Of a stretch of DNA of 64,000 bases, positions 50,201 through 63,574 are shown piece by piece (within the stretch, counting starts at the first letter, position 1; every line of letters begins with the position of its first letter). The position numbers and the translations under genes are program-made. The stretch comes from Azolla caroliniana (taxonomy: Eukaryota; Plantae; Polypodiophyta): contig JBHGNT010000022.1 in the NCBI GenBank assembly GCA_043228905.1, forward strand, positions 8,060,001 to 8,124,000, written 5' to 3'. The notes beneath the pieces were generated by a model that had not been told where the DNA came from, did no database searches, and was given only the letters and a program-made list of their open reading frames with translations.

Positions 50201-51485
50201 TTTCCCAAAACAAAAAAATGTTGTCAAAAATACATCTTTCTTGAACAAAACCCATCTGCGAATGATGAATTAGTTGAGGTAAAAACAGTTCTAATTTCCT
50301 TGCTATTGTTTTAGCTAAAATCTTATACACAACATTAAGTAGTGTTATAGGCCTTCATTTTCGAATATCATGCAAAGGGCCACCCCCCTTCGAAATCAAA
50401 TATATTTGGCCCTTTGTCCATTCCTGAAGCATATAACCTTGGTCAAGAATTTGTTGGTATGCAAAAGTCAAAGCATTACCAATCATATCCCAATACTCTA
50501 TATACCATGAAACCCCCATCCCATTAGTACCTGGACAAACATCCTTACCTAATGCTTAGCTACTAACAAAACTTCCGAAGGTTGTAATGGAGAAAGCAAA
50601 GCAATCTGCATTTGAGACGAAACGCGATTAGAGACCGAAGCTCAAACATAATCCCTCTTAATCAAACTATTTCTTGAGAGAGGAGCTACAATCAACAAAT
50701 TATGATAAAAAGATGAAGCTATATCCCTCATCTCTACAACATCCGATGTAAAAGATCCATCAAAACGCCTCATGCTTGTCGGATGAGGCATATGAGTTTT
50801 AATTTGACGAGGATGAAAAAACTGTTTACAAACCGTATCAACTTGTGTAATCCATCTTGCAAAGGATTTATGATACCAAAACTCTAACCTTTGCAATTGT
50901 AAATCAACAATCGTTTTCTAGACATCAATAACTCTCCTAGCTAAATCTATAGAATGAGGCCACTTTTCCTACAAATGTTGTAATGTTGTCAAAGCTCGTT
51001 TATATCTTCCAATCTTGGAATCATACTCAAGGTACAAAGCTTTCGCCTTATGCTGGAATACTTCCGGAATTTCCGTTAAGACATGTACCACATTAGTTAA
51101 GACAACATCCTTATCATAAAGATGTCAAGACCAAATAGTTTGAAAAAAATATTTACAATCTTCTCTAAAAAAAACAGAGTTAGGAATTCTAAATCTAGGA
51201 GTCCTTTTTACCGATGATAAAAAGAAATTTAATTTTAGAGGAGAGTGGTCAAAGAAAGAAAAACCAGGCATAATTCCTAATTGATTGCTTCTAGTCCACA
51301 TAAAAACATCACCATAACACCTATCCAAACGAGAAAGGTTGACCCTTGCCAAGCGTCTATCAGATCTTGAAAAAGATAAGGATTCTGGTAATCTATTAAA
51401 GGAAGCAACTGACCAAAGGTCAACCACCCGAATTGACATACATAATCTTTCCCACGCCCTAAGTTCTGATCCAGAGATAGTACGT

Positions 51486-54400
51486 TGTCGTGCCTTTCGG
51501 CGCCGAATCGTTTGTGTGAGTCGAGTGGGAACCGTTGGGGTTTTGGTCTAGGAGGAGGAGAATTTTAAGGCTAATCAGAATATAAATAGATTATAAGAAA
51601 GAGATATAAAAACCTCGTGAATCCCACGAGTATAATGTATTTTATTAGATTAATCAATATTAAGATAACAATATGAATTTGGATTGGAAGAGAGAGATAT
51701 AGAAACCTCATGAATCCCACGAGTATAGTTTATTTTGTGAATCCCATAAATATAATTTATTAATTGGTGTTTTCAGAAATATATCGAATTTCCAAAGTTT
51801 TCACACTCCCCTATTACATTGTGCTCTTCATCCTTATATAGTGATGAGAGAGTCTTAGCACTCCATGCTTTCTCTATATGCTTTCTCTAACATGTTTTTT
51901 TCTAACCTCATGCGTTTTTTATCGACTATAGTGTTTATGCACGCTAGATGTCCATGTGTAACTTTTTTTTTTCAAGGATTTTTCTTCTAAGGGAAGCCTT
52001 TTTCTAGAAAATATGCATGAAGTAATCTTTCTATGTGGGATATCTACTTTTTTAACATTTATGATGTGTTAGCGTAATGGTAAGGCTTCAAATTATTAAC
52101 ATGGAGGTACAAGGTTTGAATCTTGCCCTATGAATGCTATATATATTTTGATATTTTTTTCTTTTTCTTCATATTTATTCAATCAGTTTTTTTACACGTT
52201 TTTCACGTAGTGTACGAAATACACTACGACACTCGCCCCCTCCGAACCCGCACATCCTCCGGTATGTGCTGAAGTTGTTGGAGCTCGTTATTCTCCTTCA
52301 TTTGTAGTACCTTCAGTCTCTTCCCCTATGTCAATTATTAATTCTAGCTCACTTTCATTGCTTTCTGAACCTTCATAACTTTTGTCTGATTGCTCCTTTG
52401 TATCGGTGTTGTCGAAACTAACATAGGGTTCATCATCACTTCGCTTCTTGAAAATCTTCACTCGTTTCCCCGCTACAGGTACCCGTATTACTGTCCCGTC
52501 CAACTCACATAATTGGTATGTTCCATTGTTGAATACCTTCCAAACTTCGTATGGTCCGAACCACCTTTTAGAAAAAATTTGTATCAAACTATGATGATGT
52601 CCCAAACTACTGTCATAGACTATCACCCAATCCCCTTCTTAAATATTTCGTGGTCGTAGACGGTGCTTTGTGTCGAATCGTCTTTTGTTTCAGAATCGTG
52701 CTTCTTGTTGTCGACGTATCGCTTCTGTTACGTCTTTTGGTCTTCCCTCTAGTTGTCGTATCCAGATCGCTAGTAGTTCTTCCCGACTCATCTCTTCCTT
52801 CCATGGTAGTACTATCCATGTTGCAATTGTGGTTTCCGTAGGCATTATCAGCGTTTATCCGGTCATAAGTTCTGCTAGCATATAACTGGTCACAGAACTA
52901 TGCGTTGTGCAATCCGCCCATGGTGCATATGGAAGTATCTATGGCCAATTCTTCACTCTTTTGTCGCATGCTTTCGCAAGTGCTTTCATGATTGGACTAT
53001 GTCCTCATTTGATCTTCCCGTTTGCTTCTGGATTGTATGCCGTGCTTAGTGTCAACCAAACTCCATGTTTACCGAAGAATTCCCTGGCTTTATCGGAATC
53101 AAGTTCTCCCCGATCCGCAATTACTTGTCTTAGGCATCCATACCTGGAGAACACTTCTTCCAAAAGAAATTGGCATACTGCAGAACATGTTTTTCTTCAT
53201 AACCCCCGACCCTCTACTTGGTTCGTCAGATCCTCCCGAGCTAGCACCAAGTACTTCTTTTGTCCAATCCCTGTTGGCATGGCCACGATGTCGACCATTC
53301 ATTTAAAATTGATTGTCGGATGTGATTCATCTCGGTGTCGAACTCCGGAGTAGATTTGGCATTTCTCGCAGCTTCCCGTAAACTCCGCTACATCTTTGTG
53401 CATATTCTTCCACCAATATTTTTTCTTGATCTTCGCAAATGTTGCCCATGTTCCCCAATGTCCAACCCAATCAGATTCGTGAAATTCAGATATTATTTGT
53501 TTCTGTTGTTCCTTTCTGCCGACTACCTGTAGTGTTATGCCATCCGGTCTTTTTGGCTCCCTCCAGATTAATCCATTGTCTAAGAAGAACTTGTTGACTT
53601 GTTGTTTCTTCCGTCAAATCTAGGCTTTATTGTCTGTATGGTGTGATGATTCCCTGATTTCTTGTAGCACCTTCCCAATCAGTAAGCTTTCTCCTTCGTA
53701 CTCGTCTTCCTTGAACTCTTGAATTACGTTCACCCGGGATATATGCCTCGAAGTAAAGTAATTTTCAGAAACTTCTTCATTATCCGTTTCGGCTACTTCG
53801 TCTTCAAACCATGCTCTTGATAACATATCTACTACCATGTTGTCTTTTCCAGAGATGTGTCGGATATTTGGATTAAGTGACTTTACATATGCAATCCATC
53901 TTAGCATAGCCACATACGGTACCGTGCAACATCGCATCATCCCTAATATCAGAAGACAATCTGTTTCGATCACTACTTCCCCTCCAATCAAATAATCCTG
54001 ATCCGATTTTATCGCTGACACGACTCCCCATAATTCTCTTTTTAATTGTGCATATCCGCGTTGCCTTTTGTTGAGAATCTTTGCTCCGAATTGGATCAGA
54101 TATCTTGAACCATCTGAGTCGACTTGGTTGATGACCCATCCGATCCCAGTTAGACTTGTATCAACCGTTATTATGATCGGCCGGTCATAGTTTGGCTTCT
54201 TAAGTGCTTCAACCCTTCGTAGTAATTTCTTGAGCTTCTTTATGGCTTTGGTATGTTCCGACCTCCATTCGAACTTCTTACCCTTCGCAACAAGTGATAG
54301 AGTGGGTGCACATTATGTGCATAGTGCGGAATCCATAGGTGGTAAAATGCACATGCACCAAGAAATCTACGAACTTCGGATTGTGACTCACATATCTCGT

Positions 54401-57400
54401 TCATAGCTTGAATCGCATTGATCTTGATTGGCGATGGTCTTCGGCCGTAGGGCCCACATAGATGTTCAACTACCAATATCTCTTCTTGTCCGAATGCCGA
54501 TTTCTCTCCAGAGAGTGTTAGGTGCACATCTTCTTACTTCCGTAGCACGTTCTCGCAATCACTAATATGGTCAACTACGAACTTTTGACATCCTTGATCA
54601 TCCATAGTCCCATCGTTTTCTTCCACTAGACATCCTTTGATTGGGATGTCATCCAGGAACGACATCGTTATCTCTAGAATGCAGTCTCGGAGCACCTTGC
54701 TCACTGCATTCATCATATGTGCGACCGAGCTCGTAGCTCCTTGTGGTAGTGTACACATCCGAACTAATCCAATCGGTTTTCGCATCGTAATGATGTCCCG
54801 GCTATCCATAGCTAATTGGAATTGGTCATATCCGGAGTATAGGTCTTCGATAGAGTATATCGCACACCCAACAAATGCGTTTGCAAATTCATGCACTATC
54901 AGACCAATTCCGAAGTTTCGGATCGTGACTTTATTCACCGGTTGTAAATCTTGAATGAACTGGAGTGGCCCATTCTTTTTCAGAACCGTAAACCATCGAT
55001 TTGAGTATGGAGCATTTGATGGCTCTAGAATCCCCATCGCCACCTTTTCTTTGAGCAATTCAATGATTTTCGGCATATGTGCCCGTGGCACCGGAATTGG
55101 CTTCAAGTTCCATGGCACATGATCAATCATGAAGATCACCATCGACTCCATTATCTTTGGATGAACACACCCTATCTCTTTTGGTGTGAATGCGAATGCT
55201 TTTCCATGTTGCTCCAACATCTCTCGGAATCGGTTTTCTTCATTCTTTAAGAGGAACCTGCCTCCACCAATCTGGAGTTTCTTTCGGGTCTCATCGGTAA
55301 ATGTATGTCCAATATCCATGGACTTCCGAAGTGCCGGATCTTCCGAGACTTCTTTCATCTTTTGTTCATTATTGGCGGGTAACGGTCGCGCAGATGGTTT
55401 CACTTTCCTTTCCACGGTCTTATATTTCGTACATACCATTGTTTCTTCTTTGTGGAGTGCATTCGGCTCCATTTCTGCAATGATCTTGTACATCTCGACC
55501 AATTCCACCGGAACTACCCGATCTTCATGGTGATTCTCTTCTTTAATCTTTTCAAGCCTTTGTAGTGTGTTTCCGTAAAACACTTCTTCGATTACTCCAA
55601 TGATTTCTTCGTCTTCTTTCATGATTGATGCAGACCATAACTCATCTTGCACCTTTCGGAATTCTTTCTTCATTACTCCAATTACGGTCGTATATGTAGA
55701 TGCCCCATCCGGACTGATTCGTACTTGTTTTGCTTCGAGAGTTTTGTTCCTGTGTGGGGTATCAGGGCTTCTCGGACTATCACTTCCCCACTCCGCAACA
55801 GTCCGCTTTAAAAATCCATTTTTGTTTGCGACAAGATTTCTCTCTTGTTCCTTTCATGATTCGATGGCACAGTTAGGAATTGGATGGTTTTCCCTCCGCT
55901 TTGGCTCCGAATTCATGCAAAAGTTGCTCCGCTATCGAGCACCTTTGTCTCCATCCATGAAGCCGTAATGAAGGGTTACCCGAGGATCACAGAATGTGAA
56001 ACCTCATCTTGCACGAAGAAATTTTGGTCAATCTCTACATCTCCGATCTTCACCGTCACATCCGGACAAGCAGCAAATAGATCTTCCGTGGCTTTTGTGG
56101 CTGCCCGGATCTTCCATCCATGGCTGGTGTTCATAGGCCACTTCCTATTCTGGTAGAACTCCTTGGACATCAAATTGATCTCTAACCCGTGATCAATCAA
56201 TGCTAGTACGGGCTCTTTGATGTTTCCGATTTGGACGGGAGTCTCCATAGTTTCTCATGCCTAGTGTGGCTTTGTGTAGTGAGAGTTTGGAATTTCGTCC
56301 TCCATTTCCATATCGTTCATTAGAATCATATTTTCATTTACCTTTGAAGTATTAGAATCTTCCCTAGCTTGCCTCTTTCTCTTCACAAGATCCACGAGGA
56401 GATCATGGAACTCTTTCTTTCATATTCCAAGCAATTCCCGGAGAGAAAATTCCACCCGACTGTCAAGGATTCTCTCTTCGAACACCTTCTTCAAGTCCGT
56501 CTGTTGTTCGATGTTTGAGGTGAGTTTGAATGCAAGAATCATTTTTCCTTTTCCATTTCCTTCCAAATTCCAACTCTCCGGTGTATTCGATGGTCCACCT
56601 GCATCATCCATGCACCGTCTTTTTTCATCTACATACACATCATGTAATTGGCATAGGGCGTATACGCTATTCTTCTCTACGGGACTCTCCCATCCTGTAG
56701 CTTCCCGGATGCCTTCTGCAGTGCTCTGGATTTTATCAAAGTCAGTTTTCTCAGAGATTTCTAACACTTCTAGCCCGAAAGATGCCTTCACTTTAGATAT
56801 CTCACCCACACGTATTCCTACAGTTGTCGCATAATTGATTTTTACCTCTATCTCCTCCTCAAGGACCTTCTTCATGCCACCTTTTCGGAAGTTCGGCCGG
56901 AGTGGCTTCCGAGTATCCATTGAATGGATCCGATTTCCTTCATAGTAGATAAGATCCCACCATAGAGCCTCCTTGAGCTCATTGCATTCCTTCCGATCAT
57001 GTTCGTTGGTCCGTATACCTAGAACTGTGGGACGGTCTTCCGATTTCTTCAAAATGCAAATCTTAAGATTCTCCATCTCTTTTCGCAATTGCTCCATCGT
57101 AGTTACTTCGATTCCCTTCTCGACCGTAGTTTCTCAAGCCCGTGGTTGGTGGTCTTCTTTTACGAGTCTCGACCTCAACGTCTGTTCCGTAGTCCTCCTT
57201 TCTTCATGTCCAAGCCATTGCCCCCTCTTTGTGTATTGAGTAACGATGTTCCGCACATTTTCTCATGTATTGGTGAGACCACTCTCGGTAGTCATATCCC
57301 CTAGAAGAACTCCAACATCTTTCCAGTCCCGAACATCCACAGCTCGCAAGAACATGATCACTTTGTCCGGTGCGAGGATAACTTGATCTCTCACTAACAG

Positions 57401-58408
57401 CCTCCCAAATCTATTTTTGAATGCCGACAACACATCGAGAAACTTCAACCCTTTCGCTGGTGTTTCCATCCAATCTTTGAATCCTCTCCGCGTCACCTTG
57501 GAGGAGTCCTCAATAGCAAATGTAATCTTCAGCATTTCTTCAAATGCTTCTCATGTCGGATTTTGTTGTCGTATCCTAAGGATATTCTCTTGAAGCCCAT
57601 CCATAGCCACTTGACTAAAGGATGTCACTTGCAATCCTTCTGATATTCCACAACGCAACATCTCTGCCTTAAAGTCCCGAAGATAATGTGAGAGATCCTT
57701 CCCATCGAATTGACCATTCCGTTGCAACAGTCGCTCTATGGCCGCTACAACATCCGACATCACGCGTTGTTCCTACAATATGCGCTCCAACATTGTCATC
57801 ATGTTGTTGGCCTCTTGTTGATTCTCCATCTCCATGCCACCCGTTTCACGTCGGGTTCACCAAATGTGTCGTGCCTTTCGGCGCAGGATCGTTTGCGTGA
57901 GTCGGGTGGGAACCGCTAGGGTTTTGGACTAAGAGGAGAAAATTTTTAAGGCTAATCAGAATATAAATAGATTATAAGAAAGAAATATAAAAACCTCGTG
58001 AATCCCACGAGTATAATGTATTTTATTACATTAATCAATATTAAGATAAGAAAATGAATTTGGATTGAAAGAGAGAGATATAGAAACCTCGTGAATCCCA
58101 TGAGTATAGTTTATTTCGTGAATCCCATGAATATAATTTATTAATTGGTGTTTTTAGAAATATATCCAATTTCCAAAGTTTTCACAGTACCCTATTACAT
58201 TGTGCTCCCATCCTTATATAGTGATGAGAGAGTCTTCGCAATCCATGCTTTTTCTCTAACTATGCACTCCATGCTTTCTCTATCTATAGACTATATGCTT
58301 TCTCTAACATGCTTTTTTCTAGCCTCATGCGTTTTTTATCGACTATAGTGTTTATGCGCGCTAGATGTGCATGTGTAGCTTCGTTTTTTTCATGGATTTT
58401 TCTTCTAA
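51486..58408 (-). mobile_element. Ty3/gypsy H, decayed, tRNA-Trp primed; 5' LTR interrupted by the Sola2-like element
   Basis: 3' LTR 51486-52231; PPT ggagggggcgag 52232-52243; 5' LTR 57867-58408 matches the first part of the other LTR. PBS 57845-57862. Protease LIDHG, RT DLYSGYDQF/LPQGAT/FLDD, RNase H and integrase fragments. Confidence 0.92.
52065..52132 (+). other. tRNA-like Pol III cassette within LTR of H
   Basis: gtgtTAGCGTAATGGTAAgg...ggaggtacaaGGTTTGAATCttgcc; antisense to the element. Confidence 0.55.
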
Positions 58409-58984
58409 GGGTGGAAGCACGATATGGTGTACCAGAAAAGTACTATTTTTAGCCACAAAAATTGTTAGTACTTTCGATACTGTTAGTACTAAATAATTCA
58501 GAAAAAAAAAATCAATTTTGGAGAGTGGGGTGACTGTAGTACAAGTGTCATTTACTACAAGGAGTGGGGGAACACGTGAGGAGATGTTCTTTCCATTTTG
58601 GGGGCTATTTTTCCCTCACGTCAATTTTGACGCTTCCCCTCACGTCGTTTTTGGCGGTTCCCCTCATACTCCTCTTCCTCTATCCCTCTGAGCTCGTCAT
58701 CTCAGACATCCATGTCATGTTTCTGCTTTTCCTCCAATCTAAGAGTTTTGTTAGGGTTTAGGGAGCAAATATTAGACATCCATGTCAGGTTGGAGCTTTT
58801 GAGTTGAGGATTTCTGGTTTTTTTAGGGTTTTTGTTTTTGTTAAGGTTTAGGTTGAGGAACAAAGACTATTCTGAGGCCTCTTATAACAACCGACAGTGA
58901 CGTCTTCGACAACGACTTTCTTACTTCCACCGATTGCAATTTATGTTGTGGTGATTTGGGGCTTTTTCCATAGAGGCGAGGATG

Positions 58985-59300
58985 CTTCCACCGAATCCAA
59001 GCGACATATCACAAAGATTCAAGGCACCCTCCACCATTGGAGGTTCCTTCCTCTAAGTCAAGGCAGCATACCACAAAGATTCAAGGCACCCTCCACCATT
59101 GGAGGTTCCTTCCACTAAATCAAGGTGGCATATCACATAGATTCAACGCTCCCTCCACCATTGGAGGTTCCTTCCACCAAATCGAGGCGGCATATCACAC
59201 AGATTCAACGCTCCCTCCACCATTTGAGGTTCCTTCCGGCAAATCGAGGCGGCATATCACACAGAATCAACACTCCCACCACCATTGGAGGTTCCTTCCA
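58985..59300 (+). repeat. About 62-bp tandem repeat (5 units) with internal hairpin CCTCCA-ccat-TGGAGG
   Basis: agattcaa recurs near 59015, 59078, 59139, 59201, 59262. Confidence 0.9.
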
Positions 59301-59532
59301 TCCATTGTTTTATTTTCAAGATTAAAATTTTTCATTTCTTCATTTTTCAGTACTAAATTTTTAGATTTTACAATTGTCATATTTGATCCGTAATTCTAAT
59401 GTTCGAAACGAATTATTTCTCACTTTGCATGCCACATTTAAAAACATTTGAGTGTGTTTTCCTAGTGTACTCTAGATAACATTAACTACTCTTGCCGAAC
59501 ACTTAATCTTTTGAGATAAATCTAGTGACCAA

Positions 59533-62500
59533 ATGAGTGAGTTGTCAAGTAACTCATGTATATTTGAAAGGACCAAGAGACGAGTGGTTCTTCACATAGT
59601 CCGTTATTTGGTAGAAATAACGAAGAGATTTAGTGAAGAGGATCGTAGGGATATTATATGTAGAGTGTAACACCATCAACGTTTGAATGAAGACATGGAG
59701 AAAATAAAATTTAGGGACCAATGTGTTTCAGAAGAGATTGTAGAGTCTATGAAGTCGTCCCTAGACTTAGTGAAAGGTGTAGAGAGCATAGACAAACTTG
59801 CTGCAAAGAGGACAACCCTACACATGGTTGTGAACGGTGTGAGAGAAAAAAAATATAGTGATACTAAAGTTGCCTTAGCCCCGGGTATTCAAAGAAGGAA
59901 CTTGAGGAAACATCGCCGAAATATACACTCAAGCCAATTCAAGTGGCTGGGGTTGGGACGTAGACGACGATGTGATGCCTTATCTCAAGAGATTATTGAG
60001 AAAGTGGATTCATTTTGGGCCAAAAATACGCGTGTCTCACCAAATAAGAAGGACGTGTGTAGACAACGAATAAGTCAAGGTAAGTACCAGATTCACCCTA
60101 GACACTTCTTGGAGATGACAGAGGTATTCCATTTTTTTATATCAATTCACATTCCATAAATTTGTGTTTTGACCAAGTGTATATTAATGTTTGTTATATA
60201 TATTAGTTGATGTAGGCTGAATTGTACATGAACTTTAAAGACCAACATCCAAGCTTGACTGTTGGATTCCGCAAGTTCCAAGGTTTGAAACCATTTTATG
60301 TTAGAAAATTAAATGAGAGGAATACATGTTGTTGTGTGTACCACGTGAAGATTGACATGTTAAGGCTAGGAGTGAATGCAATGCGTATTGATTCTAAGGG
60401 TATACACGGGGAATTATGTGTCTACACTTGTGAGGTTTGTAGACCAAATGGGGAGGATAATAGGTGTAATGCACGAAACATGACTTATGCATCCGTTTCT
60501 GAGCTATGGAGGTCTTGTGTTTGTGAAAAAGAACCATCATGTGAGTGGCATCATCGTACATGTCTATTAAGAACATGTAAGGTTTGTCCACTACCATTAT
60601 TTTGTAGGCAGGAGCTTGATTTGGGAAACAGTCATATCGTGAAATGGAAATATTTAGAGTATGTGACTGAAAATATTGGCAAGGGACTTGTAACTAAGTG
60701 TATCAAGGAAGTATATAAGGAGACATGTGATGCTACCCTTGTCTCAAAATTTAAGAAACAACTTGGGGAGTTCATTCCACATAACTTCTGAAGTTATTGG
60801 CAAAATTCACAGTTCAAGGAATGTATTAATAACTTACCAACGAGTGTCATCGTATCCATTATTGACTTTGCAGAAACCTATAAATTTAAAGTCCAAAATG
60901 AGGTTCAATCAATGCATTGGTACAATGATCAATGTACAATACTTGTACATATTTGCTATTGGAGGCAAGACGGTGAGTTACATAAGAAATCAATATTTTA
61001 CATTTCAGATGATAAAAAGCATGATACACTATTTGTTCAACATTGTTTTAAGCTTCACCATGCAGATTTATTGTCTCTAGGGTTAACCTTTAACCTTCAT
61101 TGGGTTTGGTCTGATGGTGTTGCCTCGTAGTTTAAGACGGCACGATCGTTCTATCGCCAAGTAATTTTTAATCCATATGTTTAGTACTTATCATGCAATG
61201 TGTAAGGAAGTAATTCTTGTGTTAGTGCATGCATACTAATTATGTTTGTAACTATTCACACACAGTATTCTTCACATGGATGCATACTAATTATGTTTGT
61301 AACTATTCAAACACAACACTATTCACATGGATGCATGCATACTAATTTTGTTTGTAACTAAGTTAACTGTTCTTGCTTGATCAAAGAGTACTATCTTGTC
61401 ACGTGAATCTGTGTTTATTATCTTTTAATCCATTTGAAGTGTTCTCCATAGACAAAGTGTACTATGTTGTGTGTTGTATCTTTACTAAATCAGTATTTAC
61501 TAAAGGATGCAAAGTACTCGTATTGTACTCTATAGTATTGACCGTCCTTAAGAGAATTGTACTAATTATCTTTAATCCATGTGAAGTGTTCTCCATAGAC
61601 ACATTGTACTATGTTGTATGTTGTATCTGTACTAAATCAGTATTTACAGAAGGATGTAAAGTACTCATCTTGTACTCATAGTATTGTCCGTCCTTAAGAG
61701 AATTGTACTAATCATCTTTTAATCCATGTGAAGTGTTCTCCATAGACACATTGTACTATGTTGTGTGTTGTATCTGTACTAAATCAGTATTTACTCATCT
61801 TGTACTCATAGTATTGTCCGTCCTTAAGAGAATTGTACTAATTATCTTTTAATCCATGTTGAGGGTTTTCCATGGGCAATGTATTGTACTGTGTGTTGTA
61901 TCTCTACTAAATCAGTAATTATCGAAGGATGTAAAGTACATGTCTTTTACTCATAGTATTATCTTATATTGAAGAGTTCGTACTAATTATCTATTAATCC
62001 ATGTTGAGTGTTCTCCATGAACACATTGTATTGTACTATGTGTTGTATCTATACTAAATTAGTGTTTATTGGGGGATGTAAAGTACATGTGTTGTAGTAT
62101 TAATTATCTTCTAAGGAGGGTTGTGTTCTCTGTGGACACATTGTACTGTATTGTGTATTGTATTTGTACTAAATCAGTATTAATGAATGTAAAGTACTCG
62201 TCGTCAGCAACATGGTACTATCCGATATTGAAGAGTTTGTACTATTTATTTGTTAATTCATGTAGAGTGCTTTCCATGAATTCATTGTACTATGCTTTGT
62301 GTTGTATCCGTACTAAATTAGTATTAATGGATGCCAAGTTGACATGGTTGACAACATAGTACTATTTATCTTTTAATAAGTGTAGAGTGTTCTCAATGGA
62401 TACGTTGTGCTATGCTTTGTTTTGAATGTGTACTAAATCAATATTAATGGATGTGTAGTACTCTCAATTGACAACATAGTACTAATTTTGTTGGAAACTT

Positions 62501-63401
62501 GAGATACAAAAGCAGGTATTTCTCCTTATTCAACATTCGTATGCAATGGAACTACTTCGGGTCTGGACATGGAAAAGGAGAGCATGATGGCGCGGGGGCT
62601 GTGATCAAACGTGCCCTTACAAGTGAGCAGTTGGATAATAATGGTGCTAAGTTACAAAATGCACATGATGTTGTGTAGTGGCTAACATGGAAGATGTCAA
62701 ATGATGGTAAGAATAGATTGTTTGTTGAAGTTTGCGTTGATGAGGTTGATAGAACTAAATCATATGGTTGTAAAACCGTGAAAGGCACACGCAGCACCCA
62801 TTGTGTATTAGGGTTTAGCCGCAAGGACACAACACAATTGTTACTCCGTACTTTATCATGCTTTTGTTCCATGTGTATAGATGAAGCTTGGGATAAATGC
62901 ATCAACCTATCAATCGTCGAGCCCTGGAAGCTGCAGAAGCTTGAGCCTGAACGACAAGATGATATTGAAGAGGATGCGCATTCAAACGATATTGTATACT
63001 ACAACCAACATCAAGACTTGGTAGTTTTATTGGAAGTTGGAGATCATTTTGCAGTGCTCAAATCTCCTCAGAATGAAGATTTAGAAGACTACTACATTGT
63101 GGTGTGCCAGCAAGGCAAGACATTATTGAAAGAAGTGGTGAGGGATGGTTGGGGCAACAATTTCAATGTTGGTGAGTCTGTCGTGTATGGAAACTATTAT
63201 GCAAAGTTGCTGCAGTGCAAGAACAAATATGCATTACTAAAAGAAGCACCGATCGCAATAATCTACATTGATGCCATTCTTGCGATCAAATTCAATATGA
63301 CTCAAGCAAAGCACAAGGTTAAGGGATACAACACTGTCTACAAGGTCCCCCAAGAGGTTCATGAGCACATATTAGGGGAGGTCTCTCTATTTAATGCTTG
63401 A
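59533..63401 (+). pseudogene. Sola2-like DDD transposase, spliced, several premature stops
   Basis: Exons about 59533-60123, 60216-61160, 62516-63401. Motifs FQGLKPFYVR..RNTCCCVYH, IIDFAETY..QNEVQSMHW, ISDDKKHD, WSDGVAS*FK, WNYFGSGHGKGEHDGAG, SCFCSMC. Stops at 59668, 60789, 61128 and about 62676; phase mismatch at intron 2. Confidence 0.85.
61225..62490 (+). repeat. Intronic tandem arrays (about 52-bp x3, then about 147-bp x7, decaying)
   Basis: gcatactaattatgtttgtaacta x3; gaagtgttctccatagac at about 61436, 61583, 61730; tactaaatcagtatt recurring. Confidence 0.9.
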
Positions 63402-63574
63402 AAGTCAACCTATCAATACATTGTACCAGAAAACTGAAAAACATCCACTTGTAGTTCACTATTTGATGTATTGATATGTTAATTTTGATGATTGACAAAT
63501 GAATCGATATATTTTGTGTTTCTTCTATTATGTATTATGAATCGATATATTTGATGTATTGAGACTATTTATTG

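Larger units (their letters stand above)
31458..51485 (-). mobile_element. L1/Tx1-like LINE ORF2 (decayed), split by gypsy G (31976-48163) and cut at its 5' side by gypsy H
   Basis: Endonuclease end (SRLDRCY, DHSP), RT (YKILAK, LDFEKAYDRVDW, QGCPLA, FADD), zinc knuckle CVWC...ETLKHLFWTCSVAR at 48164 continuing as KYWGRIL at 31970, ending PPRWLFPPP...TAA at 31458. Confidence 0.9.
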
